A stretch of 57,571 bases of DNA, filler included, from Nemertoderma westbladi (lineage: Eukaryota; Animalia; Xenacoelomorpha), in NCBI GenBank assembly GCA_032718475.1. It is 2 parts of 2 records of this genome, joined end to end, with 100 filler letters (N's around TTAATTAATTAA, not from the genome) between each part and the next. Parts side by side here need not be neighbours in the genome. Positions count along the whole stretch, not along the records: positions 1 to 30,749 come from JAUCBJ010000584.1; positions 30,850 to 57,571 come from JAUCBJ010000421.1. The stretch is one strand, 5' to 3'. Below are positions 23,374 through 36,898 of this stretch, in pieces. Under the pieces are notes generated by a model, which worked only from the letters and a program-made list of their open reading frames with translations, was not told the origin of the DNA and searched no databases. A program made the translations under genes and the position numbers. Each line of letters opens with the position of its first letter. Within the stretch, counting starts at the first letter, position 1.

Positions 23374-26300
23374 CTATGGTGCCCCTTCTAGCAGGCAACA
23401 CTTTCCTACAGCCCTCCTGTAGGTCTTCCTATCTTTCGCTCCTATCTTACCCCCTATCCGCACTTCCACAGATCGGACCCTTCCGTCCTCGTCGGAGTAA
23501 GTGTCCACGACTCTTGTTAACCTCCACTGATTGTTGATAATGGTGTCTTCCGTGACGATCACCAAATCACCCTTCTTTAACTCCCTAGTGGTATTTCTCC
23601 ACTTGCTCCTCCTATGAAGTGTGGGTAGGTATTCCTCAACCCACCTCCTCCAGTACTATGCGCTTATTGCCTTAGCGACTTTCCAACTCTGTCGGGAGTG
23701 TATGTCATCTGGGTCTACACCCCGCATGTCGATGGTCGCCGGCCTCTCCATTAGAAAGTGACTGGGTATCAGCACATCTAGTGATTCTGGGTCGTCATTT
23801 TCTGGATATAGCGGTCTGCTATTAATGGTACCCTCGCACTTAGCTAGCACCGTCCTTAATACATCTTCTGTCACCATGTGGGTGTTCATCAACTTCGTCA
23901 TCAGACGCCTGGAACTACCCACGAGTCTCTCGACGCATCCTAAAGTATGCGGAGCATATGGCGTCCTCCTCTCCCACTTCACCTGTCGTCTCCTCATGGC
24001 TGCCCTGACTTCCTCTCCTTCCAGGATGTCCAAGGACTCTGCCAGCTCGTTCTCCACCCCCACAAAGTTGGTTCCATTATTGGAGTATATCACTGCAATC
24101 GTCCCACCTTTGCAGTCTCTGAACCTAGGGCATTGATGAATGCCGATGCGGTTGCGTCTTGGGCAAGTTCTATTCCTACTGCCCGCGTGTTGTTACATAC
24201 AAAGATAATGCCGTAGCGCTTCTCCATGTGCCGCATCACCCTGATCTTTATCGGCCCAAACATATCTACACCGCAGTGCGTGAATTGCGGATCGTGCTGT
24301 CTCACCCTGCTGGCCGGTAATGGCGCCATCTCCTGTACGGCCCGCTCCTTTCTCATCCGTCGGCAGGTCTGGCACTGCCCCACTACCGCCTTCACCTTCT
24401 TTCTTAGTTGTGTGACCCAGAAGGTCCTCCGTATCTCCATGAGGGTCTGGTTGGTGCCCCCGTGCAATATCGACTTTTGGGAGTCCCAAATGATCTGGTG
24501 GACTATCGGCGATCTATTTGGGATGATAATGGGTTTCGGTGGGATGATGAGGCTGTTGTTACTTAGCACTCTAGAGTTCATTACTAGGATCCCATCGTCA
24601 CTGAGTTGTGGCGACAGCGTGATGAGTTCGCTGTCCTGACGAAGATGTTGTTGTTTACTGACACGCTCCACTTCGTCGCCGTAGTACCTTTTCTGTTCGT
24701 AGCGAATCACGGCCCTGGCCGCTCCCTCCAGATCGATTTTTGGTTTCCTCTTGGCGTCCTTGCCAATTCCCTTGAGGAAATCCCCGAAGGCTCTCCAGTA
24801 CGCCACCAACTTCTTGGTCTTGTACCAACTTGAGCTGTAGCTGAGGAGTTTATCCGTCGGGTTATCGCATGTTTCTTCTGACTTTGGTTGCATCTCCCTG
24901 ATCTCCCTCGCCATTTGACTATATATCTCTTCACCTTCTGAGTCTCCTCCCTCTTCTTCCAGTGTTACTTCCTCTAAGCCTGGGTCCACCTTCTTCATCG
25001 GTGGCCAGGCCGTCCTATCATTCAGGAACTGTGGCCCGTGTTGCCACAATACTTCCTTCTTCAAGAAAGTGTGGCGTGCCACGCCCCTCGATAACAGGTC
25101 CGCTGGGTTCTCGTCAGTTGGGCAGTAGTGCCACCTTTCCAACTCAGTTGTCGCTCTTATTTCATCCACCCTATTTGCGACGAATATAGGGTATCTCGTT
25201 TTCTCATTGTGTAACCAACCAAGCACTACCATGGAGTCCGTCCAGTAGTGTGTTTCCACTATGTTGGGAATAGTATCCATCAAGTAGGCTGTGGCCCCAC
25301 TCCTAACCTCGCAGCTGTCAACTCGAGTTTCGGGGCCGATGCTGAATCTGGCGGCGTCGACTTTGCTTTGCTGAATGCAAGTCTGGGCTTATGAGCCCCC
25401 TCTCGTTGTACTAGGTAGAGTGCCACTCCGTATGCTTCCAATGATGCATCGGAGAACATGTGTAGATCCAGATCCGTCATGTCACCATCCGGGAAATACA
25501 CGCATGGCATGCTGTATGTCCCTATCTGTTCTAAACTCTCTGTCCACTTGCTCCATCGCTTGCTGATCTCTTCCGGGACCTTTGTATCCCACTCGTCCTT
25601 TAGCTTATATACTTTCTTAAGTATCTGCTTCGCCGTGACTAATAGTGGGGATGCTAGGCCTAGGGGATCGTATATCCTTGCTATGTACGATACATAGCCC
25701 CTCTTTGTGTGGATGTCTGCGCCCTTCTGGCTCAGCTGGTACTTGAACTCGTCTGTCTTTCAGTTCCACACGATCCATAATGCCTTCTGCTGGGACTCTA
25801 CCCTCTTGTTCGCCATGTCCTGTCCCTTGGCTGTCGTGGGATTATCCATGGTCGACTCTGGCCTCCTGTCCTCTATGGCTTTCATAAACTCTTCTGAGCT
25901 GGATTGGAACTTGGTCAGGTTAAACCCGGATCTCTTCAGGATGTCGCGAACCTCACGCCCTGTATCCAGTAGTTCTTTAACCGTGTTTCCAGACTTCATT
26001 CCGTCGTCTACATAGAAGCCACGTCGAATCATATCGACGGCTTTGGCGCTATATTTCTCCTCTTTCCCCTCTACTGTATCTCTTACAGCCACAGTCGTCG
26101 TAAATGAGGACGACTTGGCTCCCATATTCTGCACCACCATCTTGTACATCAGTATTGTCGATGGTTCCTCGTCGCCGTTGTACCATAGGAAGCGCTGGCT
26201 GTCACTATCCTCCTCCGTCACACGGACTTGGTTAAACATGCCTTCAATGTCACAGGTGAAGGCGTGCCTCCAGTTTCTGAATCTCAGTAGGACCTCGATT

Positions 26301-26720
26301 CCTGAGTTATAAATATTGGGACCCTCCAGCAGATAATCATTTAGGCACTTGCCGTTGGTCTTAGCCGACCCGTCAACTACCATCCGCAGTTTACCTTTCT
26401 TTGGGTCTAGAGCCACGTGAAGTGGCAGGTAATAGGTCCTATCCGTGTTCGGTTCGTCGACCAGTAACTCCACGGCCCATCCTTTCTCGACATACTTTCT
26501 TATCGTTTTATGAATGTACTCATTCTTTTCGGGGCTCCATTTTAGCGTTTGCTTCAATTTACGAAGCCTCGTGAGTACCATTCCCTTGTTGTCTGGTAGC
26601 GGTAATTTTGGTTGTTCCCATACCATTCCTATGGTGTACCGCCCCTCGTCGCATCTCATCGACTCCTTTACACTTTGTATCGCCTGTTTATCCTCTACCG
26701 AGGTTCCGACCCCGGTCTCT
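23374..26720 (-). pseudogene. pol: BEL/Pao pol (RT, RNase H, integrase), disrupted
   Basis: RT at 25760-26659 (YYLPLH, LRMVVDGS, CLND, DIEGMFNQV, FYVDD). RNase H at about 25000-25510. Integrase at 23374-24550 (H..H..CQTC zinc-binding region, CGVDMFGP, S(N/D)NGTNFVG, C-terminal QWRLTRVVDTY). Confidence 0.93.
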
Positions 26721-26721
26721 T

Positions 26722-29700
26722 TTAATCCCTCAAAATCCTGCCTGAGTAGTCTCCTGAGCTGTTCCTCCGCTCCTCATCTTCCATCTCCATCATAGTTCCC
26801 GCGAACATGCACCCTGATGTCTCCGACATCCTAAATGGAATCTTGGTTCTAATTGGGCCGCTTAGCGTCCACCCGAATGGTGTTAAAATTGCCACTGTGT
26901 CACACTGTTTGTCTTCGCCGAAGACTGTCTGCATTCTCTCCTGGGCCGTCGGGCAGTCCATTCCTACTATAATGGATACCTTCCTAACATCCACCCCTGG
27001 TATTGAGAAATCGATACTGTCCAGGAATCTATTTTGTTCGACCTCGATGTTGGTTGGTCGCCTGGCGTTGATATTTATCGATTCTATCACCTGGATGGGG
27101 TCGATCATCGCCCCATAATCGCATCCCGGTGCTATCGCTGCTATCCCGCACCATCCAGTCCTCATCTCCAGGACCTCATCTTTGCTGGAGATGGTTGTTA
27201 CCGCCATTCTACTTGGCCTCGTCTTCAATCCTATCTCTTCGGCCACCCAATTCTCGACCAATGTGAAGGCTGCTCCACTGTCGACCAGCATCAGCGTGGT
27301 TACTGATTGATCGCCTTCTCCGATCACCCTCACTGGTACTACCCCGAGTAGTACCGTTCCTCTCTTCTTCGCCCCTACGGTGCTTGTCACCATTGTCTGT
27401 CCTTTGCCTTGACTGAACTTAATTGGTGTTTCTTTGCATTGGTTAGCTCTATGTCCACCCATCACACATCGAGGACAGACATCGCTCCTCCTCGCGTATT
27501 CTATCTGATCTTCTCTGGGCAGTGCTTGCCAATATCTGCAGTTCATGGTCTGATGAAGTACGTTCGTGTGTAATTGGCATTTATTGTTTGGGTTATAGCC
27601 GTCCTTATACAGTGCGCTGCGTAGCGCACTTGCGTTCATACCTAGATCCCTACTATTCTTATTGTTTGGTTTCGGCCTACTGGGCATGTTGGGGTTATGT
27701 TTGTTTGTGTTGTTATTTTTCCCCTGTCCGCTCCATGGTGTGGCCCTACCCCCGGCTACATGTGGACTAGTAGTCCCCTGCGTCGCCGCGTATGGCAGCG
27801 ATTGTCTGAGCTTTGGCAATGCGTTCACCGTGTTATGTTCTGGTTTTGGCCTGTTGTATTCGGTCTTTGGCCCCTTTCCCAGACTATCCTCGCTATAGAC
27901 TGGGTCTGTAATCAATTTGGCTTCGTAGTTGAGGAAGCTCGACATTTCCTCTAGGCCCGGTTCCGCACCCTTCTTCTCCCTGGTGGAGAAAGCGAATTTT
28001 CTCCATTTATTGTGCAGCCAGATTGGCAGTGCCTGCGCTATCGTGGTGATGTTAATAGATGCGTTGAGTTCGTATGGCGCGTCTAGCGTCTTCAACACGA
28101 TTAGCGCCTTCTCGACTTTGTTCGCAAATGTCTTTATGCTAATGGGGTTATCCTGTAGGCCACCCGATGTTATACCTCTCAGGGTCTGCCGGATGATCTT
28201 GGCCGGGTGCCCGTACTCCCTGTCTAGCGCCCGCCATGCTGTCGTGAAGCCACCCTCGATGCCCTGGTACTGCAACACGATGTTATACGCTGGGCCTCCT
28301 GTATATACCTGTAGATATTTTAGGCACTCTGCCTGCGTCAGGTTCTTAGTCAATATCTCATTGCTGTACATGCGCCGAAATTGCAGTTTAATCGCAATTT
28401 AAATGGTTCTACAGGTGGTAACTCGATTCTGGTCTTCAGTGCATCGATTAATGTAGCCATTCCCATCGCCTGTGCTTCCAATGGGTTCGATGGATGCTGT
28501 ACAGATTCTCCCATTGGGTGCGGTCCACCCATCCTGTCTGTTGCCCTCCTTTGCATCGGATATATCATTGGGGGTAACGGCCCCCTCCATATTTCCGTGT
28601 CGCAGGCTCTGTTCTCGTCCAGTGGGTTCGATGTTCTTATTCCTGTTTGAGTATATTGTTGATATTGTGATGGGGGAATGTCACCCTGCCCCCCCCCCCC
28701 CCCCCCACCGGTATATTTGGTACTGGGGTTGATGTTAATATATTGGGGCCCATACACCTATCCGCAATAACTCTCCCCTCCCCTGGATATATGTTATGCC
28801 CCTGCATGCTATAGTCATACTGTTGTGCTGGTACCGGTATAGGCCTATCCACTTCTGGCCTACCTACAGGTATGTACTCCGCGACTTCCGGGATTAATCC
28901 CGTCGTCCGCGCTGCCCTATCGTCTACATTATATCTCCCAGCATGGCCTATAGTATGTGCAGTAAGGCCTACAGTATGTCCTGCAGTCTGTATGTGTCCC
29001 TCCGGACCGAAGTTTAACCTTCTCGAATAATCCAAGAAGTCCTCCCCGCGGCTACGGTATCCTCGATCGGCAGCTACATCCCGTCGGGAAGTTTCTCTTC
29101 GATCCCCTCTCCTATTCTCGTCCTCGTACCGGTACGCCCTGTACCCCTCTCTCGGCGTATAGTACACCTCGACAGGTCGCGTCTCTCCGGGACGATGGCA
29201 ATCTCCCGGAGTTCGACCCCAATGACTCTCCAACTCCATCTCTACTACCGACAGCTCGCTATCCGTCCTCGCTCTCCTGTAGCTCGCAACGATACTTCCT
29301 CTACTCTCTTCTCTTCTTCTCTCTGCAGTGTAGCATCCCTGCTCGCGAGATCTCTCGTCGACCTCCCGGTTAAACTCCACTGTTCTTCTTCCCTCTTCTG
29401 ACTGGGCTCGACGTCTCGTAGCTAATGTATTGTTATTACCCCCCCCCCCCCCCCCCCCCCCCCCGCCCGTACGGTTACACCAGTCTTGGGTCTGTCGTCC
29501 GGTCCCTGTAAGTGGGGTATTAGCAAACGTTTCCATAACTTCTGGCTCCTCGTAAACACTACCCGAGCCAGCCTCACTCTCTGATAGCCCCAACTGTGCC
29601 AGTTCCAATCGGCGCTTCTGTTTGGCCTGACATTGCATAAGCCCCCTCAAACCGGGCGTGCATATCATCCCGCACACGCTTTCCCGTTCTCTCTCTCTCC

Positions 29701-30749
29701 CTATCCTCTCGCAAACTCTGCTCAACCAGCTCTGCCTCTCTCGCAATCCTCTCAAGCCGCCTCGTCTCGCGCTCCTTATGCTCGCTCGCCCCTCTAGCCT
29801 CACGCTCTTTGCATTCACTCGCCTCTTTCGCCTCTCTCGCCGCCTTACGCTCCTTTTGTTCATTCGCCTCTTTTGCCTCTCTCGCCTCTCGCATCGCCTC
29901 ACGCTCTTTACGCTCGTTCGCCTCTTTCGCCTCTCTCGCCTCTCGCTCCGCCTCATGCTCTTTACGCTCGTTCGCCTCTTTCGCCTCTCTTGCCTCTCAC
30001 TCCTTTCCTTCCCTTATATCTATCTCCTCACACTCTCTAAAGTTTCTCGCGACCCTCTCAGCCCTCTCTTCATTCTCTCTCGCCAGCTCTCTCTCTCTTT
30101 CTAACAACACAGTTCCCTCTTCCAACTGCCTCTCTAACTCTTTCTGGTCTAGCGCCACCATGTCTAATTGACACGCCAGATCTATTTCTAACACCCTTCT
30201 TGCTTTTGCGGAGGATGTAGCGGACTTGTCGGTCGCGACGGACCCCCGTCGCCTCTCTGTCCTACTAACTTTCCCCCGCTTTCTGGGGTTCTCGCTAACC
30301 GACGAGACCGAATCCTCGGGGTTAATCTCGGATTCGCCCTCGTGCGGGTCTGCCCAACCCACTAACTTAATTCCCCTAGCATCCACTAACCACAGCCCTA
30401 TGTAAACTACTTGCGGTTCCATTATCCCAGACCGCCACAGTTCAAATAGTTCGGTGGCGACCCCCCTCGCTCTCTCACTGGCTAGTTCTCCCTGTCCGAA
30501 GCGAACTAGGTATCTAAAGTGTTTATTCGACTGACCTAGTCGCTGGTTCAACTTCCTTTGGTCTAACTTTTCTCCCTCTCTGGCCTCCCTGAGCTGTTTC
30601 TTCGTCGTTCGTCGCATTGTAGGCTCGTCGGAGCTGGTCACTGGTTCCGACTTCCTCGTCGCCGACCTCTCCTCCTCCCCTCCTGGTTCGGCGTCGTACC
30701 GGCGGCCCCACCGTCGCCGTTCCGGCGGGCCGTCCGTCGCCCTCGGCCT
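26722..30749 (-). pseudogene. gag: BEL/Pao gag plus aspartic protease, frameshifted
   Basis: Charged coiled-coil N-terminus, gag core (IELPPVEPF, CLKYLQVYTGGPA, LDREYGHP), Cys/His knuckles CQLH..H..C and CPRC..GH..C, protease LVDSGA, and AILTPFGWTLSGP. Confidence 0.88.
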
Positions 30750-30849
30750 NNNNNNNNNNNNNNNNNNNNNNNNNNNNNNNNNNNNNNNNNNNNTTAATTA
30801 ATTAANNNNNNNNNNNNNNNNNNNNNNNNNNNNNNNNNNNNNNNNNNNN
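30750..30849. other. Assembly gap with artificial linker
   Basis: 44 N, then TTAATTAATTAA (stops in all six frames), then 44 N; 100 bp in total. Confidence 0.95.
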
Positions 30850-32011
30850 CAGGACAGTCTCCTGCATCTGCCCGAGCAGGATATCCATCCCCCGCCGTCT
30901 CTCGTCCACCCATTCGACCGCCGAAGCGGGAGTCCGCCAACGTCGTAGCGGGCGGACGAGGGACAACGGGCGACAAATTTGGAATATTTCGCTCGGGGTC
31001 CAGGACCTGAACTGTCTCTTGGGCAGTTCTACGGGGCACAGGTAGCTTAGTGCTATGCAGAGGGAATTTAGAAGCAGTTTCAGGGAGCACAGGTGTATCT
31101 ATCACCGAAGGGGTGATTTCAAGAACAGGCCTAATTATTTCAGGCTCATCTACTATAGTAGGGAGTCTTTCTATTTTAATTATTTGGTCTGTGGGCTCTG
31201 TACTACCTAAGTTGGTGTTATTTAGTTGCCTTCTAACAGCTGGAGGCAAATCAGGCAATTTCTGACGGTGGAATGTTCTTTTACGTCTGCTTAGACGAGA
31301 TCTATTTCCTTTGCCTTCAGTATCGGTGGTATCGCCTTCTTCAGATGATGTATACCCCTGTCTTTTGGGAGTAGATCGCCTCATCATCTGCATATTACTA
31401 GCTGTTAACTGTTTATTGAAGTTGTCTTGCCTCTCTTGAAGATTTTCCAACTCTAGTTGGGTTGCCTCTTCAGATGCCCTCCGTTCTGCTTCTGCCACTG
31501 CTGTTTTTCTTTCGGCTTCTGCCGCTGCCACTGCTGCTGCCGCTTTCCTTTCCGCTTCGGCCTCTGCCACTGCCACTGCTGCTGCCGCTTTCCTTTCCGC
31601 TTCGGCCTCTGCCACTGCTGCCTTTCTTTCCGCTTCTGCCTCTGCCACTGCTGCTGCTGCCTTTCTTTCCGCTTCTGCCTCTGCCACTGCTGCTGCCACT
31701 GCCTTTCTATCTTCTATACGTTTTTTCTTTAATTGTTCTTCTTGGTCTCTAGCGATGCGGAGTTGTTCATCGAATTTAGCTTGGTTCGCCGCTAACCTAT
31801 CCACATCAATTGCATCCAACACACGCTGGGCTCCTTCACTATTAGGGCTAAGCCCATCTAGTCTTCTCCGCAACTCTTCATCACCTACGAAACGCTGATA
31901 GTCTGACAGATAGATGTCAATGGCATCCCTCTTATGCGGTTTCTCTGCTGTCACTTCGCTCTCGGTTGTATCTAGTAGACTGTCTGACAGGTTCTGCTTT
32001 GCGTCAGACAT
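30850..32011 (-). CDS. N-terminal part (>385 aa) of an unassigned ORF, probably gag/ORF1 of a different LTR element; truncated by the gap
   Basis: ATG at 32011, open to the gap. Coiled-coil with AEAEAERKAAAAV repeats and a Pro-rich region. No diagnostic domain. Not homologous to the BEL gag N-terminus at 49962-51269. Confidence 0.55.
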
Positions 32012-33387
32012 GCTTATGTATACCGTTGAATGTCTACTGCTGTATTACAGTCTGAGTAAGTCTAGTAACTCAGTATTACCTGCTAGCCTAGTAATTAATT
32101 ACCGGTACTGCTACTCAGTGTAGCGTGATATATATAATATATTAGAATACCGGTATACTTATAGTATATATAACTATATAAGTATTATTACAGACTAGGT
32201 TTATCACAGAATACCGGTATAATTTTAGCACAAATATATATAAATATATAATAGGCCTATCGGAATACCGGTATACAGCTTACAGTTTGTAGGATATATA
32301 ATTCTGAAATAGAATTAATTACAAGTACCGGTATAATTTCAGCCTAGATTTATAGAAATAAAGATAATAGGCCTATCGTAAATACCGGTATATCAATTAT
32401 TTCAAATAATTGAATTTCTGTTACTTTAGGGTTACTTGGTTACTTTAACTTACTTTATTACCGTTATTTAAGCAGTAGTCCAACTGATATTGAGACCTAA
32501 TTGTTATATGGTAGGCCTACTATTTATAAATCGTTAGATTTGATTTATAATATATATATACCCGTTTTAATGGGTTTTGTCAATGTTTGAAATAAATGTT
32601 ATTATTTCTGGGGGTAATCACTACACAAAGCGGTGCGCTTTCAATGAAGTGTTACGTATGAGACACTAAAACAAATAATACTAATTTACCTAAGTTACTT
32701 AATACTACAAATTACGTACAATTCGGGTGAGATTACAATCTCTAAATAAACACAAAAATTTACAAAAACACAAAATACGAATTTTTAGGGTAATTTTACA
32801 AGAAGTCTACAAACCAGCCTAACAAAGGGTTAGAAAACTGGTTATTACAACGGACAGGGTACTACGGTATTTGAAATAATAAGTAGTAGTAAATACACTG
32901 CGTTGTCTAGATAGGAAAATACCACCGCCTGACGACCTATAGCCGTATCGCTATAGGTTCTACGTTATGTATCACGGAGTGTTCCTACCTAGAAGTTAAT
33001 AGAGCTAATCGAATGTGCCTATCAACCACTTTACAACACAAATATAATGCCTACACTAATTACTTTCGGAAAGCACTGTACACTAAACCCTAAATTAGGT
33101 ACGAGTACTTGTACAACAAATAATCAGTAGTTAAATATACTTGAACAGCTAAAAGAACCACGGCATCTGCTGGAGTGACCGATGCACAAAATCACCAGTC
33201 TTTACCTACGCCGAGCAGCCCGTGTAGTACCGAGGTTAATTTAACTATAGCGGTATGTATAACAAACACAATTACTGTAGGAACAAACTTGGGGAATGAA
33301 TGTTGCGGATAATCGCATAAACTCTGAATAATAAATATTACGCTACGCGTACAAACTACTCAAACAAAATACAGACCGAACACTGAC

Positions 33388-33897
33388 AGACTACTATCAA
33401 GCCTAAACAAACTACGGTATATGCAGACTCCGAAATGATTAGGGAGTATGCGCTCTAACCCAGTAGTGCGACTTATTCTTTAGTTGGGGGTTTACCTTAC
33501 AGCGTTCGCTGCCCCTACTGCCTAATCGTACTTAATCGGACAGATGATCTACACACGCGGCAATCCGTTCAGACCTAATAACAGCCAGACAACTATCCAG
33601 CCTACAAATTATCTAAATAAAATTATACGCTACCCGTACAGACTTACACAAACAAAGTACAGACTAAACGATGGCAGACTACTCTCAAGCCTAAATAAAC
33701 TACAGGACATGCAGACTCCGAAATGATTAGGGAGTATGCGCTCTAACCCAGTAGTGCGACTTATTCTTTAGTTGGGGGATTACCTTACAGCGTTCACTGC
33801 CCCTACTGCCTAATCGTACTTAATCGGACAGGTGCTCTACACACACTGTAATCCGTTCGGACTTAACAGCAATCAGACAACAGCTCAGCCTACAAAT
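33388..33897. repeat. Direct duplication with ~290-bp period in the putative leader
   Basis: ATGCAGACTCCGAAATGATTAGGGAGTATGCGCTCTAACCC... is nearly identical at about 33421 and 33709. Confidence 0.9.
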
Positions 33898-34284
33898 CGT
33901 CTGTACAATCTGATCAGGCTTACACGCCTTCTGTTCAATACTGGCCTACAAATAAATAAAACTTGACAGAAATAAGTAAAATCTCAATAAAAAATCAGGG
34001 CGGCCGTTCCCTGATTAAGTACTAAGACCTACCGGTATACAACAATCAAATCGAATAATACTAGTGTACTTATACGGAAGTACCGGTTAGGACAGCTAGG
34101 CCTACGGAATACAGAAGTACCGGTTCTAGCGGTTGGGCCTACTGACTACTGACCTACAGATGTACCGGTTCAGGTTTACCGGTTGACCGGTACTTTCAAC
34201 TTTATTGCTTACTGCAACAAAGAAGCTATATCCTTTAATGTTCGCGCTTTCAGACCTTTGGCAGTTTAACCCACCAAATTAAGA

Positions 34285-35574
34285 TGTCTTCTAGATATTA
34301 AATCGGTTTTTAGTCTATGACAAGTATTTGATTCACTACACTAGTCGAAACCAATCCGTGCGCGACCATTCACCCGCTGGATATTCCCGGGAGATTGGGT
34401 TCGACGGTTTAATTTTATTGCTATGTAAGCCTAATGTATTATTCGACTGACAGTATTATATAATCTCTGACAATATTATTCACCTTCGGTAATATTAACA
34501 GTTCCTTTAGGACGTGGCGCTTTATCTATATAAACAGAGTTATGACTTAAACTACTCACAACGATATGGCTTAATTATAATTCACATATATGGCGCATTC
34601 TTTAGGAATTGCTTCTTTAACAGACTCACTCATACACAATGCTGCACAATACTGCACACTAATCTGCCAATCTTCACTGATTTTAGTCACATATAAAAGG
34701 AACACAGACTGACTCATGTAGGGTCTATCAAATAACATTAGATTCACTTCAAACCACTTTAACATAAGTCACAATCGTTTATCTGTAACCCTTCTCTCTT
34801 ACCTTCGGTATATCAAGAATATTGGGTTTCGGGGTTATTTATCGTTATTCCAAATATAATAATTCATCAACCATATTATGAAGAACTGACGGTAAATAGC
34901 AGTATAAAACAACAACTGAACACTGATTGTTACGAGTTTGCAATGTTTCAGCAGTCAGGATGTATGATCCGTCAGCAGTAGTCTTTAGGTATGCCGATAT
35001 GTCAGTTAAAGGATATATGCCCTTTATAATTAAACCTACTAGTGTAAGACTAAAAACAGTAAAGCACAAAATACTTCCAAGCCGTTCTTTCTTTGGCTCA
35101 GGACTGAATGTAAACACTGCACATAGGCATTGCGTCATTTCTCGGAAATTTTCTGTACAAGGAGCCACAAAAACGCTCTAATTGGCTGACTGAACTGAGA
35201 GACGCCGTAGAACAAAGGAAATCAACACGTATGAATGTCAGCTGTTAACCGTAGTCATAGTAACTACTGTTCAAGAGTAGCTATCACCCCTTTGCGTCAC
35301 GAATTGCCATAGCATCATAAAATATGCCTTTCACAGTACACATACGGAGGAAATAGGTCTTAGATCCTCTAAAAACACCGATACAGCAATAATACGGTCT
35401 CTTACACTTATTAAATCAACTACAGAGTATTTTAATGTAAAAGATAATAAAAATAACGGGGCAATTCAGCAAAGGCTTTTACAGAATGTTTAGGGAATTA
35501 ATGCTATCCTACCATCCCCAACCAGCAGCAGTCTGCCTCTAACAGGCCAGGACATTCTCAGCGTTGCTAAGACA
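34285..35574 (-). mobile_element. Possible 5' LTR (~1.3 kb) of the element owning the 30850-32011 ORF
   Basis: Perfect 6-bp inverted ends TGTCTT and AAGACA. Minus-strand AATAAA at about 34415, TATA-like sequence at about 34530, and TGGTGGG (PBS-like) 8 nt after the end. No partner LTR in the window. Confidence 0.4.
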
Positions 35575-35997
35575 CGGGAAGGAATTACTCCGTATTGACT
35601 GTCATTAGGTGGTTAGAGCCTGCGTGTGAATTAATTGATAAAAATGTAATTTTAATTGTAAATCAATAAATAACTATAAAACTTGACATTAATCTCGAGT
35701 ATAAAGTAAAGACTTTGATAGAATGGGACACGGCGAATCTACCCATGTTAATTTTATACCAGATGGGATAAATGTTACCCCCCTAAATAATTAATTACCG
35801 ATAGAAGAATCGAAATAATTCGATTCAACCATACAATTTAACTGAAGATATTAACTTCGATTATGGCTTCCGACATTTATGGCTACCGACACACACACAC
35901 ACACGTCACACACAGACTTTTGAGAAACGGCCATAGTATAATTATATCAGTTCGCTGATGGCTCGCCATACGTGTCTCGCCCCACATAAGCCTACTT

Positions 35998-36612
35998 ACT
36001 CGGCTCAATCAGTTCGACTCGGCTCAATCAGTTCAACTCGGCTCGATTGGTTCGACTCGGCTCAATCATGGTTCGACTTGGCTTGATTGGTTCGACATGG
36101 CTTGATCGGTTCGATTCAGCTCAATTGGTTCGTCTCCGCTCGATTGGTTCCATCAGGCTCAATCGGTTTGATCTGGCTCGATCAGTTTGACTCGGTTCGA
36201 CTTGGTTTGATCAGTTCGACTCGGCTCCTTAGGTTTGACTCGGCTCGATAGGTTTGACACGGCTCGATAAGTTCGACTCAGCTTTATAGGTTCGGCTCTA
36301 TCAGTCCCACTCAACAGGTTCGTTCCAGCTCAATCGGTCCAAGACGGTATGATCCGGCTCAATCAGTTCGACTCTGCTCAATGGGTTCGACACGGCTCAA
36401 TAGGTTCGACTTGGCTCAATAGGTTCGGCTCGGCTCAAACGGTCTGACTCATCTTGATCTGGCTCAATTGGTGTGACTCGGCTTGATGGGTTCGACTCGG
36501 TTCGATAGGTTCAACTTGGCTCGATAGGTTTGTCTCAGCTCGATAGGTTCAACTCAGCTTGATAGGTTCGACTCGGCTCCATCAGTTCGACTCGGCTTGA
36601 TCGGATCGATAC
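35998..36612. repeat. Degenerate 20-bp minisatellite (GGTTCGACTCGGCTCGATAG-like)
   Basis: About 30 diverged tandem units. Confidence 0.9.
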
Positions 36613-36898
36613 GGCTTTCTTAAATAGCGAAATTTATTACCCTTTTTAATTATTATAATGTATTTGTAATAAATAAAAAAATATATTTTTTTAAATCTTA
36701 TTTTTTTTTTTTTAATTTTAATTTTATTTTTCAATTTATTTTTTTTGCTAATGTCTCGCAACACCGTTTGTGGCTCGGCCCGAGGAATAACCATTATGCT
36801 AATTGTAAATGCGTCTTGGCTGCCTTTATGGCTCGTCCCAATAGCCACTCTGATCAACTAACACCGTGGGAAATAGCTTACAAATAAATCAGGTAATA

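Larger units (their letters stand above)
18188..30749 (-). mobile_element. BEL/Pao LTR retrotransposon, copy 1, with accessory exonuclease/zinc-knuckle ORF; 5' end lost in the assembly gap
   Basis: Minus-strand order is gag, protease (LVDSGA), RT (FYVDD), RNase H (LHMFSDAS), integrase, repeat array, extra ORF, PPT, LTR. BEL/Pao-typical motifs include YDPLGLASP, YWTDSMVVLGW, FVANRV and ENPADLLSRG. Confidence 0.95.

Noticed and set aside
20002-29401. Many + strand ORFs overlapping the BEL element, likewise at 46178-56239
   Set aside because: Antisense shadows of GC-rich coding sequence with no recognisable motifs.
30794-30849. C-terminus 'LIN' and stop of the 405-aa ORF
   Set aside because: Derived from the artificial linker; the real ORF end is unknown.
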